Positions 1 to 11,380 are shown, counted from the first letter of the stretch. The stretch: DNA of 64,000 nucleotides from Leptospiraceae bacterium (GCA_040217195.1 JAVJNR010000008.1:540198-604197), one strand, 5' to 3'. Numbers and translations: made by a program. The notes: generated by a model not told the origin, from the sequence alone.

Positions 1-21
1 TGAAAGCTTCCTCTCAGGCGC

Positions 22-900
22 TTACTGTTCTACCGGCGGGAAAGATTGCAAATAGAGCCATAAAGCGTCCAACTCCACGTCCGTCATCTGGCTAAACGAC
101 GGCCACGGCATAGTGCGATCGAGCACTCGACCATCCGGACGTACCCCCTGCCGCATGGCTCTGAAAAACTCCTCTTTGCTCCATTTACCAATACCGTACT
201 TTCTGTCGAAGGTGATGTTGGGTGCCCGAGGAGTACCCGGTGCTTCGCCCATCATCTTTTGCCCTCCAAGATCTACTCCGTGGCAATGGTGGCATCCCCG
301 GGATAGATATCGACCAAACTCTTCCGTTGGCTCCGCTTTCACAACCTTCGACGGATTGATGGCATGATTTATCCGCTCTACGGGTAGTGCACCAGGTAAC
401 CCGAGGGCGACCAGAAGAATGGGGCCCGGTCCAAGTTCGGTTCCGGGTAGTTCCTTATCTACCGCAGGAAGGGTGTTAATATAGGAAATGATCTTTGCGA
501 GTTCGTCATCGCTCAAATGAGCGTATTCATTGGATGGCATGAAGGCCAGTGGTCTGCCGTCCTCTCCCACTCCATGCCGCACAGCCCGCACGATTTCAGC
601 CGCTGTGGGTCTTCGGCTGCCGGCACCGCCCGTCAAATTCGGAACGACAAGGCGACCAATGAGAAAGCTTTCCCCGGTGATTTTACCCTCGAAGCCGCTC
701 ATATGGCAATCAATACATTGCCTGGCAGAGTAAAGTCTCTTTCCTTCGGCCACCGATATGGCATCTGCGGGAATCTCGATATTATCCGCCGGAAAATCGT
801 ACACCCGATGCATTCGCCAATAAGCAGTTCCATAAAGCGCCGCAGCCGCAATCAGTAGCACCGCGGCCGAACCCAGGATGATAGTTTGCAACGTTTTCAT
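22..900 (-). CDS. membrane-anchored dihaem c-type cytochrome
   Basis: 292-aa ORF with ATG at 898-900. N-terminal TM helix (IILGSAAVLLIAAAALYG). Two CxxCH haem motifs (CIDCH, CHHCH). Confidence 0.7.
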   Translation of the reverse strand: MKTLQTIILGSAAVLLIAAAALYGTAYWRMHRVYDFPADNIEIPADAISVAEGKRLYSARQCIDCHMSGFEGKITGESFLIGRLVVPNLTGGAGSRRPTAAEIVRAVRHGVGEDGRPLAFMPSNEYAHLSDDELAKIISYINTLPAVDKELPGTELGPGPILLVALGLPGALPVERINHAINPSKVVKAEPTEEFGRYLSRGCHHCHGVDLGGQKMMGEAPGTPRAPNITFDRKYGIGKWSKEEFFRAMRQGVRPDGRVLDRTMPWPSFSQMTDVELDALWLYLQSFPPVEQ

Positions 901-1194
901 TCACATACCTTGATAAAGAATCCCTCGCGGATGTTCTCTTCGGCATCGCCAGTCAGGGGCCGTCATTGGCAACCGCCTCCGAAAAAAACGAAACTCCCGG
1001 CCTGGCGCCACCGAGTAATAGGCTCTCCATTTCTCTGGTCAATCATTCTGCAAGTTCGCGAATTGGACGAATCAGTTAAGACCTATTGCTGCTTCGCTTC
1101 ACCGCGTTGTCAGTGTAGCATAATGAAAAAATACCACCTGAAATCCACATAGAAAAAGGGAAAAGGGTACATCCAGAGCAGCAACAATGAACCC

Positions 1195-2370
1195 CTAGCG
1201 CCTGGCCCGAATAAGAATTCGAATCGGGGCCGGAAGCCCATCTTTTAAAAAACCGGGGCGATCAGCATCCAGAAATTCTTCCAGGACCGGAAGTCCTGTA
1301 TCGGCATTCAATTCTGCGGAGTAGTCCCACTGCTTGAGAATTTCAATCTGGCGAAATCCGCTACGATGTAGATAGTTTTTTAGAGTGCCAGCATCCGGAA
1401 CATGCCAGATTCCTCGGGCCCCGGCATATTTTCCCGGCGGAAAAATGGCTCTTGGATAAGGAGCGGCCGGATCTTCCAATATGGCCATGGATTCTAGATA
1501 CAGGACCCCACCTGTCTTTAATGATCCATGGATGGTACGTAATAGATCGATGGGATCGGTACGATGGTAGATCACTCCCCAGCATAGAATGGCATCAAAG
1601 GATAATCCCGAAAGATCAGCCGTAGCCGGGGCGGTGTCCGAATCCTGGGCCGAAGTTTGCCTAATATTCACATCTTCGGGCTTTTCTCCACCAGACCTGA
1701 GCCCGGAGGCATTATAAGGTTTTTCAGTGCCGGCAGTTGATTTACCGAAGTCCCGGGCGGAAGTTCGATTAATATTCACATCTTCCGGCAGTTCTGCCCC
1801 CGCGTGGACACTGCTCCATCCGGATTCGTTGCATGCATTCGGATTCGAATTTAGTGCATCATGCGCGGCAGGAACAAAGCGAATCTTTCGAATGGGATGC
1901 TCCATGCTGAGCATTTCCTGTAGGAATCTAAATTGTTGAAAAAAGGAAGGGGCCGGATCCATTCCGATCAGTCGGCCACCGGTCTTGATCTGGTGCAAAC
2001 GAAGCAAGTAGTAACCATTGTTGCAGCCCAGATCCAGCACATCTCCATCCGTGATGGAAGAGTCTTCTCTCAGAAAGGGAAGGCAGTGCTGCCATTTGGC
2101 ATCGCTGTTCCAGTGCGATGCGACTGGCTGCCCGAAAAATGAAAACGGCCCTTTTCTGTATGGTCCCAGCTCTTCTAGATAGTGATTCAGTTCATCCCGC
2201 TGCCGGGACGAAAGATTGGATTTCGATTCCAGGTTAGCTAATGGGCCGCTCTCTATAGAAGAGGAACCCTCCTGAGAAGGACCTACCTGAATGGTAGGTC
2301 CGATCTCAAGAATACTGGTTTGAATGCTTTGAGCAAATTCCAGGGCTCGCTTGAACTTAACTTCATCCAC
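1195..2370 (-). CDS. cmoB: CmoB-like tRNA U34 carboxymethyltransferase (class I SAM methyltransferase fold) carrying a low-complexity insertion
   Basis: GTG start 10 nt after the clpB stop. Motifs match E. coli CmoB as recalled: YRKGPF, W.SD.KW, VLDLGCNNGYY, GVIYHR, and a C-terminal LPAPIRILIRARR like PAPKRAVLIARK. About 80 extra residues sit between the conserved blocks. Confidence 0.6.
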   Translation of the reverse strand: MDEVKFKRALEFAQSIQTSILEIGPTIQVGPSQEGSSSIESGPLANLESKSNLSSRQRDELNHYLEELGPYRKGPFSFFGQPVASHWNSDAKWQHCLPFLREDSSITDGDVLDLGCNNGYYLLRLHQIKTGGRLIGMDPAPSFFQQFRFLQEMLSMEHPIRKIRFVPAAHDALNSNPNACNESGWSSVHAGAELPEDVNINRTSARDFGKSTAGTEKPYNASGLRSGGEKPEDVNIRQTSAQDSDTAPATADLSGLSFDAILCWGVIYHRTDPIDLLRTIHGSLKTGGVLYLESMAILEDPAAPYPRAIFPPGKYAGARGIWHVPDAGTLKNYLHRSGFRQIEILKQWDYSAELNADTGLPVLEEFLDADRPGFLKDGLPAPIRILIRARR

Positions 2371-2380
2371 GCTGGATGTC

Positions 2381-4948
2381 CTATTTTAGAGCCACTCTGT
2401 CCTTTTCCAGACCCAGCTTATACTCTTTGTCTGTAGAGAAATCGCCTTTCAGGATAGCCTGGCTTAGAGTGTTTCCCACATCCTTTTGAATCAGTCGTTT
2501 CAGAGGTCGGGCACCGAATTGAGGATCGTAACCCTTCTTGGCCAGATGATTGATCAGTGTGCTTTCCACCTTCACATTCAGACCAGCCTCCCTGGCTCGC
2601 TGAACAATCTTTCGAAGCTGTATCTTTACAATGTCCTTCAAAGCTTCCTCTGAAATTGGATGATAGTAGATAGTATCATCCAGTCGATTCAAGAACTCGG
2701 GACGAAAAAATGTATGAAGCTCCTTTTCGATCAAAGCCTTCTTTTCTTTCTCGGATTTGGAGCTATCCATAAGATGATGGCTTCCAATGTTAGAGGTCAT
2801 TATGATTATGGTATTTTGAAAATCCACCATCCGGCCCTTGGAGTCCGTAAGTCTGCCATCATCGAATAGCTGCAAGAACAGATTGAATACATCCGGATGA
2901 GCCTTTTCCACTTCATCGAACAGAATTACCTGATAGGGCCTTCTACGCACAGATTCAGTGAGCTGACCGCCTTCATCGTATCCCACATATCCAGGAGGAG
3001 CACCGATGAGTCGAGCCACAGCATGCTTTTCCATGTACTCTGACATATCGATTCGAAGCATTGCATTTTCATCGTCGAATAGAAACTTGCTCAAAGCCCG
3101 GGCAGTCTCGGTTTTACCTACCCCGGTGGGACCTACAAACATGAAAACTCCCACCGGCCGATTCGGATCGCTCAATCCACTTCGATTCCTTAAGATTGCT
3201 TCACTTACTTCCTGAAGTGCATGGTCCTGACCTATGACTGTGGTTCTGAGTTGATCGAACATACCCAGAAGCTTTTCTTTTTCACCCTGCATCATTCTAG
3301 ACACAGGAATACCGGTCCATCGAGAGACTATGGTTGCGATGTCTTCATCAGTGACCTCTTCTTTCAGATACTGCTTCTTGCTCTCCTCAATCTTCTTTTC
3401 CAGGGCTTTAAGCATGTTTTCCAGAGTGACCAGCTTACCGTATCGGATTTCGGCCACTCGATTCAAATCACCAATTCGTTCTGCTTCCTTTTCCTGCATT
3501 CTCCAGGAATCGATTTCTTCGCGCAGGGACTTTGCTTTTTCCACATCCACGCGCTCAGCTTCCCAGACTCCTTTCTTGTTCATGAATTCTTCTTCAAGAT
3601 TGGCCAGCTCTCGACCCACAACTTCGAGCCTTTGCTTGGATACTGGATCCTTCTCTTTTTTCAGAGCCTCCCTTTCGATCTTCAGAGACTGAATCTTCTT
3701 GGATATGATATCCAGTTCTTCCGGAAGGGAATCCAGTTCGATGCGCATTTTACTCATGGCTTCATCGATTAAATCCACAGCCTTGTCCGGCAGGAATCGA
3801 TCGGTGATATAGCGATTTGAAAGCTTGGCTGCAGCCACTAGAGCACTGTCAGTTACTCGAATACCATGATGCAGCTCATAACGGTCTTTCAATCCCCGAA
3901 GAATGGTAACAGATTCCTCTTCAGAGGGCTCCTTGACATACACCGGCTGAAAGCGCCTTTCCAGAGCCTGATCTTTCTCAATGTATTTCTGATACTCTTT
4001 AAGAGTCGTAGCTCCAATACATCGTAGATCTCCTCGAGCAAGTGCAGGCTTGATCATATTGGATGCATCCAGGGAACCTTCAGCAGCACCAGCGCCAACA
4101 ATGGTATGGATTTCATCTATAAAGAGGATGATTCTACCATCGGATCTCTGAACCTCATTAAGCAAAGCTTTGAACCGGTCTTCGAATTCTCCGCGATACT
4201 TGGCTCCTGCAATCATGGATCCCAGATCCAATGCATAGAGTTCTTTATCCAGCAGGCCTTCCGGTACTTCACCGGCTACAATCTTTCCGGCAAGACCTTC
4301 TACAATGGCCGTTTTACCGGTTCCGGGCTCACCAATCAATATTGGATTGTTCTTCGTTCTTCGGCTGAGCACCTGCATGATTCGTCGAATCTCTTCATCT
4401 CGACCAATCACTGGGTCCAGCTTACCTTTACGGGCTGAATCGTTCAGGTTTCTGGCATATTTGGACAGAGCCTCGATCGTATCTTCGGGGTTGTCATTTG
4501 TTATGGGCTGACCGCCTCTCATTTCATTAACCGCCTGCTTGATCTCTTTTGGGTCCAGACCCAATCGTTTTAGTTCCCCGGTTAATTTCTGAGTATCATC
4601 TTCCAGATAGGCCAGGGCAATATGTTCCGTGGACAGATATTGATCGTCTCGATTCTTGGCGATCTTATCTGCCCTTTGAAGCAACTGGGCAAATCCCCTG
4701 GATGGTCGGATTTCCATTTCGCCTTCGGCTCTGGGAAGTGTTCCAAGATGACCTTCCAGAAGTCCCAGCACTGTGCTTTGAGACACTCCCATCCTTTCCA
4801 GAAGCATGGGACCCATCCCTTCCTCCTGGCGGAATATTTCGTAGAGTAAATGCTCCGGCATTACCTCAGGATTTCCTCTTTCCTGTGCTATCTCCTGAGC
4901 ATTTTCAATGGCCTCATGGGCTTTGGTTGTTAGTTTATCTAGTTTCAT
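2381..4948 (-). CDS. clpB: ATP-dependent chaperone/disaggregase ClpB
   Basis: Two AAA+ modules ([15 protein letters not shown] and [14 protein letters not shown] Walker A), a long coiled-coil middle domain and a Clp_N start ([18 protein letters not shown]). The ATG at 4946-4948 with an AGGAG 7 nt upstream is preferred over the longer track ORF. Confidence 0.95.
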   Translation of the reverse strand: MKLDKLTTKAHEAIENAQEIAQERGNPEVMPEHLLYEIFRQEEGMGPMLLERMGVSQSTVLGLLEGHLGTLPRAEGEMEIRPSRGFAQLLQRADKIAKNRDDQYLSTEHIALAYLEDDTQKLTGELKRLGLDPKEIKQAVNEMRGGQPITNDNPEDTIEALSKYARNLNDSARKGKLDPVIGRDEEIRRIMQVLSRRTKNNPILIGEPGTGKTAIVEGLAGKIVAGEVPEGLLDKELYALDLGSMIAGAKYRGEFEDRFKALLNEVQRSDGRIILFIDEIHTIVGAGAAEGSLDASNMIKPALARGDLRCIGATTLKEYQKYIEKDQALERRFQPVYVKEPSEEESVTILRGLKDRYELHHGIRVTDSALVAAAKLSNRYITDRFLPDKAVDLIDEAMSKMRIELDSLPEELDIISKKIQSLKIEREALKKEKDPVSKQRLEVVGRELANLEEEFMNKKGVWEAERVDVEKAKSLREEIDSWRMQEKEAERIGDLNRVAEIRYGKLVTLENMLKALEKKIEESKKQYLKEEVTDEDIATIVSRWTGIPVSRMMQGEKEKLLGMFDQLRTTVIGQDHALQEVSEAILRNRSGLSDPNRPVGVFMFVGPTGVGKTETARALSKFLFDDENAMLRIDMSEYMEKHAVARLIGAPPGYVGYDEGGQLTESVRRRPYQVILFDEVEKAHPDVFNLFLQLFDDGRLTDSKGRMVDFQNTIIIMTSNIGSHHLMDSSKSEKEKKALIEKELHTFFRPEFLNRLDDTIYYHPISEEALKDIVKIQLRKIVQRAREAGLNVKVESTLINHLAKKGYDPQFGARPLKRLIQKDVGNTLSQAILKGDFSTDKEYKLGLEKDRVALK

Positions 4949-5509
4949 ATCATGGCTCCTGGCGCCTGGACTAAACCTTCTGGTATTCTTTCCATCATGC
5001 ACATATTCATCTCTGCAAAGAGATCTGAACTTATATCAATATTGCTTTGTATACTACCGCTCTGTTGCATACCAGCTTACCCGGGATGAACCCTGTATAA
5101 CATAGATCGGTGATGAGCTGAATGGTATGGCAATGCTCATACTGTAGTGTACTCTAACTCTGCTTCTAGCATTCGTTCATTCACCAGAGGCCTATCAGTC
5201 TCTTCCATCTTTGTTCTATACATAAGGCCATAGCAAGGAATGGACCAGGCTCTGACAATTGCATCGGGCGATCCCTGTGATTCTGAAGCAAAGTCATTGT
5301 CGATTTGTCAGTGAGGTTGGAAACTCTGGCAGTTTCCATGTATTCTGAGATTGGTTCTCAACAAAAGGCAAAACCCGGAATTTTTACAGCAAAAGAATGC
5401 ACGGCTGGCAGATTCTATTGACAGCCTCATTGCAAATCCATTCTTGTTCAAGGCGGGATCAGCGATCATCGCGGCGCTTCCGCCAATTTGGAAAAAGGGC
5501 ACAGGCCAA

Positions 5510-6082
5510 ATGGCACCTCTTCTAAGAATCGCAAAGAAGCACGGAATCAAATTTGTATTACTCTTCGCTTTAATCGGCGCATTTGTGTACTTGTACGGAG
5601 TTAATCCGAAGTATCAGGGATACGCTGCCGATCAACCCATCCCATTCAGCCACAAGATACATGCTGGGGAGCTTGGCGTAGACTGCCAGTTCTGCCACAC
5701 TAGTGTGGACAAGAGTGCGATGGCAAGCGTACCGGACACAGCAACCTGTATGAAATGTCATGCATACGTTGCCTCCGACAGTCCGGATATTCAATACCTC
5801 CGAAAAACCTATGAAAAAGGGATCCCCATGCGCTGGAATAAAGTGCATGACCTCCCTGACCATGCAAAGTTTTCGCATAAGGTTCACATTGCCCGTGGCT
5901 ATGACTGCGCTCAATGCCATGGAAACGTTGCTGAAATGGACAAGGTGGAAGTAACCAGCGAGTTTAACATGGGCTGGTGTGTTAACTGCCACCGAGACCA
6001 GGCCAAGCAAATGAACCTGGATAAGGAGCCTGGAGGCAATCATAGCCTGGGCATTACCGACTGTAGCACCTGTCATTATTGA
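5510..6082 (+). CDS. actA: Alternative Complex III subunit ActA, pentahaem cytochrome c
   Basis: Five CxxCH motifs (CQFCH, CMKCH, CAQCH, CVNCH, CSTCH) after one TM helix (FVLLFALIGAFVYLYG). First gene of the act cluster. Start is uncertain: the track ORF begins at TTG 5351, and ATG 5510 is preferred. Confidence 0.85.
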   Translation: MAPLLRIAKKHGIKFVLLFALIGAFVYLYGVNPKYQGYAADQPIPFSHKIHAGELGVDCQFCHTSVDKSAMASVPDTATCMKCHAYVASDSPDIQYLRKTYEKGIPMRWNKVHDLPDHAKFSHKVHIARGYDCAQCHGNVAEMDKVEVTSEFNMGWCVNCHRDQAKQMNLDKEPGGNHSLGITDCSTCHY

Positions 6083-6114
6083 GATCACTGGAAGGATCGA
6101 CCTGGTTGGATTTC

Positions 6115-9100
6115 ATGGAAACAAAGAATAGAACTAGAAAATACTGGCAATCTCTGGAAGAGAGGAACGCTCCTCCTGCAGAGAACTATAAAGAGCCCGA
6201 GTTTGGCATGTCCAAGAATGAGATGGTTGCCGAACTCAAAAAGAAGCCCGTAAGCCGGAAGAACTTCCTCAAATTTATGGGTGCAGGCGCCGTTCTGGTG
6301 CAAGCCGCATGCCGCCGGCCCACCGAGCAAATCGTACCGGCTGTAATCCGACCGCCCGAGGATATTCCGGGCGAAGCAAACTATTACTCCACAGTAGCTC
6401 CCGATGGAACCGGCCTGGTGGTTCGGACTTCGAATGCAAGGCCAAACAAGATTTCGGGAAACCCGGAACATCCGCTGACTAAAGGCGGAGTATCCAGTTA
6501 TGATGTGGCCAGCATTATGGATCTTTATGATCCTGATCGTCTGCGCAAGCCAGCCAGGCTTACGAACAGGAAAAAGAAACGAGCTTCCCGGGATGCCCTT
6601 ATTTCCGAACTGCAAACCGAGATTAAGAAAGGCGATTATGTCCTGCTAACCGGTCCAATAGATAGTCCCACAAGCAAGAAGCTAATTCGAGACTTTCTAA
6701 ACGCTAATCCCGGCGGAAAGCATGTAGAGTTTCGCGCGGACCCAACTCTTCGTCAAATCGCAGAGGGTCAGCGGGCCTCTTACGGCGAAGCACTGATTCC
6801 CTACTATCGATTTGACCGTGCCAACCTTGTTCTGGCCATCGATGCAGACTTTCTGGGAACCATGGGATTCCCGGCCGCTCATACGGCGGATTTCACCAGC
6901 CGTAGGGATCCTACAAAAGGAAAACCGGCCAGGCTCATCGCCATTGAATCGATGTTCAGTCTTACAGGTTCCAACGCCGATATGCGAATCCCTGTTAAAC
7001 CAGGGGATCAAACATCGGTAGCATTATCTCTGGCCGCGCACATTACCCTGAACCTTAAAGTGGGTCCTTATACTGGAAATGCCCAGGTCCGCGGACTTCT
7101 GGAGAACTACACTCCTGAACGAGTGGCCGAGGTGCTGAAACTGGAGCAAACAGCTCTGGAAAAAACAGCGGAAGAACTATGGTCCAATCGAGGGAAAGGA
7201 CTGGTCCTGGGTGGATCGCCCTTGGCCGCCACCGGCCGTCAGGCAGCTCTTGGAATTGCCGTAAGTCTGCTAAATGACATTTGTGGCAACGACGGTATCA
7301 CCGTAGACTACCGCAACTCATTGAACTACTCTGTAGGCATCTCTGCACCGGATATGCTATCTCTGCTGGCGGACTGTAAGGCGGGTAAAATCAAAACCCT
7401 GATTGTGTCCGGCGCGAATATTCAGTATCATTTACCGGCCAGTGCTCAGGTAAAAGAGGCTCTGGCAGCCGTTCCATACGTTGCATCGATCAGCGATCGT
7501 ATCGATGAAACGGCTAAACTTGGAAATGCAGTGCTTCCACTGAGTCATTTCCTGGAATCCTGGGGTGACCGAGAGGTAATCGGTGGTATTGCTGCCATTC
7601 AGCAGCCGACGGTTCGTCCCATCTTTGACTCTGCCAGCCTGGAAGACTATCTGATTCAAATCAGTGGTGGCACCCTGGGTGGATCTTCTGATTATCATAG
7701 CTATTTGAAAGCGGCCTGGGCCGGACGTGGAGGCGCCAACTTCCAGAACTTCTGGGTGAAGATACTCCAGGACGGATTCTATGCTCCGGATGCTGGTAAG
7801 CTGAACGGAAATGCTCCAGCCCGTCGATTCAATGCAGGTTCTTTGAATAATCTGCCCAGAAGTGTGGATGAGAAGGACGGTCTGAAACTGGGTCTATTCA
7901 TGGGAGTAGCCGTTCGAGACGGAAGTCAGGCAAACAATGCGTATCGCCTGGAACTTCCTGATCCAGTGACCAAGATCGTCTGGGAAAACTATGCTGCCAT
8001 TCTTCCTTCTACGGCTCGCAAACTAAAACTGAAGCAAGGCTCTATTGTAAAAGTCAAATCAGGGGAAACCACTCTGGAACTTCCGGTGCACATGCAACCC
8101 GGTCTGCATCCGGATGCAGTACTGGTGGCCCTGGGCTACGGTCGCACGGAAGCAGGTAAGGTGGGCAACGACCGTGGTGTGAATGCCATTTCAGTGGCTA
8201 CCACCGGTGATGATTCTCTCACTCTTTCCGGTCATACGGTCACTCTGGAAAACACCGGAGACCGAAAGACTCTGGGCAATACTCAAACCGTGTATCGTAC
8301 TGGAATGAATGAGCCAGACAACTTTCCTGGCATCTCCGACGATATTCCTTACGCTCCTTTTGCTGGCTCAACTCAGTATACCAAAGAGCAACGGCCCATC
8401 ATTATGGAAGCCAGCTATAGCGAGTATAGCAAAGCGAAGGGCTTCCTGAATGAGTATACTGTAAAGCATCCTCAAAATGCACAGCTCATGGAAGCCTGGA
8501 AGTATGAGAACCTCCGCTGGCATATGGTGGTGGATCTCTCCAAATGTACAGGTTGCGGTTCCTGTGTGACCAGCTGTAATCTTGAAAATAATATTCCTAT
8601 GGTTGGCCCGGAAGAGGTATCTGTAGGTAGAGAAATGCACTGGTTGCGAATCGACCGCTATTACAGCGGATCGGAAGAAAACCCCGCGGTAAGCCATCAG
8701 CCCATGCTATGCCAGCAGTGCGAGAATGCTCCCTGCGAAAATGTATGCCCTGTGGCAGCTACCACCCATAATTCGGAAGGTCTAAATGTAATGACCTATA
8801 ACCGTTGTGTAGGAACCAGATACTGCGCCAACAACTGCCCCTACAAAGTGCGCCGCTTTAACTGGTTTGAGAACTGGTATTATATGGAAGGTCTGGAGCG
8901 CAAACTCCGTGATCCAATGCAGCTGGGACTGAACCCCAACGTAACCGTTCGATCCAGAGGGGTTATGGAGAAGTGTACTTTCTGCGTGCAAAGGATTAAT
9001 GCGGCTCGCCAGGATATGAAAGTCCGGGGCGATAAAAGAATCAAAGATGGCACGGTAGTAACGGCCTGTCAGGAAGTTTGCGGTGCTGGAGCCATCACAT

Positions 9101-9237
9101 TCGGCGACATCAACGATAAATCCTCGGCTGTATATCAGCTGGCTGAAAAAGACAAGAGAAGATACCGCGTCCTGGATTTTCTGGGTGTGGCACCTTCGGT
9201 GACCTATCTTGCGAAGATTCGCAATCCCATGGCTTAA
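6115..9237 (+). CDS. actB: Alternative Complex III subunit ActB (molybdopterin-oxidoreductase-like domain fused to a 4Fe-4S ferredoxin domain)
   Basis: About 1040 aa. N-terminal KYWQSLEE and a Tat-like SRKNFLKF. C-terminal Cys clusters CTGCGSCVTSC, CQQCENAPCENVCP, CVGTRYCANNCPYKVRRFN and CTFCVQR. Sits between actA and actC. Confidence 0.9.
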   Translation: METKNRTRKYWQSLEERNAPPAENYKEPEFGMSKNEMVAELKKKPVSRKNFLKFMGAGAVLVQAACRRPTEQIVPAVIRPPEDIPGEANYYSTVAPDGTGLVVRTSNARPNKISGNPEHPLTKGGVSSYDVASIMDLYDPDRLRKPARLTNRKKKRASRDALISELQTEIKKGDYVLLTGPIDSPTSKKLIRDFLNANPGGKHVEFRADPTLRQIAEGQRASYGEALIPYYRFDRANLVLAIDADFLGTMGFPAAHTADFTSRRDPTKGKPARLIAIESMFSLTGSNADMRIPVKPGDQTSVALSLAAHITLNLKVGPYTGNAQVRGLLENYTPERVAEVLKLEQTALEKTAEELWSNRGKGLVLGGSPLAATGRQAALGIAVSLLNDICGNDGITVDYRNSLNYSVGISAPDMLSLLADCKAGKIKTLIVSGANIQYHLPASAQVKEALAAVPYVASISDRIDETAKLGNAVLPLSHFLESWGDREVIGGIAAIQQPTVRPIFDSASLEDYLIQISGGTLGGSSDYHSYLKAAWAGRGGANFQNFWVKILQDGFYAPDAGKLNGNAPARRFNAGSLNNLPRSVDEKDGLKLGLFMGVAVRDGSQANNAYRLELPDPVTKIVWENYAAILPSTARKLKLKQGSIVKVKSGETTLELPVHMQPGLHPDAVLVALGYGRTEAGKVGNDRGVNAISVATTGDDSLTLSGHTVTLENTGDRKTLGNTQTVYRTGMNEPDNFPGISDDIPYAPFAGSTQYTKEQRPIIMEASYSEYSKAKGFLNEYTVKHPQNAQLMEAWKYENLRWHMVVDLSKCTGCGSCVTSCNLENNIPMVGPEEVSVGREMHWLRIDRYYSGSEENPAVSHQPMLCQQCENAPCENVCPVAATTHNSEGLNVMTYNRCVGTRYCANNCPYKVRRFNWFENWYYMEGLERKLRDPMQLGLNPNVTVRSRGVMEKCTFCVQRINAARQDMKVRGDKRIKDGTVVTACQEVCGAGAITFGDINDKSSAVYQLAEKDKRRYRVLDFLGVAPSVTYLAKIRNPMA

Positions 9238-9259
9238 TTAGAAAAGGGACAAACTAGAA

Positions 9260-10654
9260 ATGGCCAATAATACAGAAACCCTGGAAAAAGTAGAACTCGT
9301 ACAAGGTAATAAGAGCTACGGCGATGTTAATCAGGACATTACACGCCCTCTTGATACATTTCCCGAGAAATGGTGGTGGGGCGCTTTTGCAGTAGCTCTG
9401 GGCCTACTGACCCTGCTGATTGTGGAAATCGGCTATTTGATCGCAGTCGGCATGGGCGTAGTTGGTGTGAACGTTCCGGTAAGCTGGGGTTCCTTTATTA
9501 TCACGTTCGTTTTCTGGATCGGTATTGGACATGCCGGTACATTGATTTCTGCAATTCTGTATATTTTCCGACAGGAATGGAGAACGGCTGTAAACCGTTC
9601 CGCTGAAGCCATGACAATCTTTGCCGTGGCCTGTGCAGGTATTTATCCGCTAATTCACGTTGGTCGCCCCTGGTTTACATTCTGGTTGTTTCCTTACCCG
9701 AATGAAAGAGGAACTCTCTGGCCAAACTTCCGTTCTCCGCTTCTGTGGGACCTATTTGCTATTTCTACATATTTGACCATCTCCCTGGTATTCTGGTACA
9801 TGGGACTGATTCCTGACTTTGCTTCCGTTCGGGACAAAATCAAAGGCGGGGAATGGTTCAACAAGTTGCGAAAGAACCTCTATTCCGTGCTGTCTATGGG
9901 CTGGGTGGGCTCCGCCCGAGCCTGGTCGCATTATGAAACCACAGCTATGATTCTGGCTGGTCTTTCTGCACCACTGGTTCTTTCCGTTCACACAATTGTA
10001 TCTTTTGACTTCGCCACCTCCGTAATTCCTGGATGGCACACCACAATCTTCCCGCCCTACTTTGTGGCCGGGGCGATTTTCTCCGGATTCGGAATGGTGC
10101 TTACTCTCCTGATCCTCATGCGTGAGCTGTTTGGCTTTAAAGAATACATCACCGTAAAACACCTGGAGAATATGGCCAAGATTACCATGCTCACCGGGAC
10201 ACTGGTGGGTCTGGCCTATGCCACGGAGTTCTTTATCGCATGGTATTCCGGCTCCAAGTTTGAAGGTTTCGCATTCATCAACCGGATGCTCGGGCCTTAC
10301 TGGTGGTCCTACTGGATCATGGTATCCTGTAATGTAATTTCCCCGCAGCTATTCTGGTTCAAGAAAATCCGGACCAATCCTGCAGCACTGTGGATTATCA
10401 GTATCTTCGTAAACATCGGAATGTGGTTCGAGCGTTACGTGATTGTAGTAACCAGTCTGCATAGGGACTACCTCCCTTCGAGCTGGGATCTATATATCAT
10501 GACGATTCATGACTTTGGAATTCTAATTGGTTCCTTTGGATTGTTTTTCACTCTGTTCCTGCTCTTCATGAGGTTCTTTCCTACCATCGCTATGGCAGAG
10601 ATTAAAACAGTAATGAAAAGCCCTGGAGCCCGTGGCTACGGCGGAGGCCATTAA
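9260..10654 (+). CDS. actC: Alternative Complex III subunit ActC (NrfD/PsrC-like polytopic quinol-interacting subunit)
   Basis: 464-aa, roughly 10-TM protein immediately after actB (22-nt gap). NrfD-like hydrophobic pattern. Confidence 0.85.
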   Translation: MANNTETLEKVELVQGNKSYGDVNQDITRPLDTFPEKWWWGAFAVALGLLTLLIVEIGYLIAVGMGVVGVNVPVSWGSFIITFVFWIGIGHAGTLISAILYIFRQEWRTAVNRSAEAMTIFAVACAGIYPLIHVGRPWFTFWLFPYPNERGTLWPNFRSPLLWDLFAISTYLTISLVFWYMGLIPDFASVRDKIKGGEWFNKLRKNLYSVLSMGWVGSARAWSHYETTAMILAGLSAPLVLSVHTIVSFDFATSVIPGWHTTIFPPYFVAGAIFSGFGMVLTLLILMRELFGFKEYITVKHLENMAKITMLTGTLVGLAYATEFFIAWYSGSKFEGFAFINRMLGPYWWSYWIMVSCNVISPQLFWFKKIRTNPAALWIISIFVNIGMWFERYVIVVTSLHRDYLPSSWDLYIMTIHDFGILIGSFGLFFTLFLLFMRFFPTIAMAEIKTVMKSPGARGYGGGH

Positions 10655-10678
10655 TCCAGAACTATCTGGCAGGTAATT

Positions 10679-11368
10679 ATGGAAAAGCTAAACGCTATGA
10701 CAGAAAAACTGGAACAATTCTTTGACCGGTTCTTTGAGAAGCAATACGTAGCCTTCCGGAACATTCTGGACAAGGCTTTCGAATACACTTACCGGGAAAC
10801 CGAAAAGGGAGTATTCGGACTGTTCAACACACCGGAGCAAATCTCGGATGCTGCAAAGAAAACAAAAGAAAAGGGATTTACGAACTTCGATTGCCTGACT
10901 CCATTTCCGGTGCACGGCCTGGAGTTTGACATGGGCTTCAAACGCTCCAGGCTCCCTTACGTAACATTCTTTGCAGGACTCACCGGGTTCACCATTGCAT
11001 TCCTGCTCCAATTCATCGTACATGAGCAGGTGATCAATTATACCATTACCCGCGCCATCGATGCATACCCGAACCTGAACTCCTATCCTCTGAATATTGG
11101 TGGGAAACCTACTTATAGTTGGCCGGCCATGATTCCTATCTGCTTTGAGCTAACTATTCTTTTTGGCGGACTGGCAACGGTGGCTGGATTGTTTATGATT
11201 TCCCGAATCCCCAGGCCATTCCGGAGGATTCTGCATCCTTCTATTACTGATGATAAATTCTGTCTCTGGATCCCGGAAGACTCAGCCAACTACGATGAAG
11301 AAGGCGTGAAGTCCTTTCTTCAAGAAATGGGTGCTGAGGAAATCACTTCGGTTAAGGAGTCGGCGTAG
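10679..11368 (+). CDS. actD: Alternative Complex III subunit ActD (DUF3341-type)
   Basis: 229 aa. Soluble N-domain with FDCLTPFPVHGLEFDMGF followed by two TM helices. Operon position matches ActD. Confidence 0.8.
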   Translation: MEKLNAMTEKLEQFFDRFFEKQYVAFRNILDKAFEYTYRETEKGVFGLFNTPEQISDAAKKTKEKGFTNFDCLTPFPVHGLEFDMGFKRSRLPYVTFFAGLTGFTIAFLLQFIVHEQVINYTITRAIDAYPNLNSYPLNIGGKPTYSWPAMIPICFELTILFGGLATVAGLFMISRIPRPFRRILHPSITDDKFCLWIPEDSANYDEEGVKSFLQEMGAEEITSVKESA

Positions 11369-11380
11369 CCCGGAAATACC

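Noticed and set aside
3221-3772. Long antisense ORFs inside well-supported genes (3221-3772 in clpB, 5570-6088 in actA, 11282-11800 in actD/actE, 30190-30657 in mscS/DUF167).
   Set aside because: Each lies opposite a gene with strong family motifs. They have low-complexity translations and no independent start signals.
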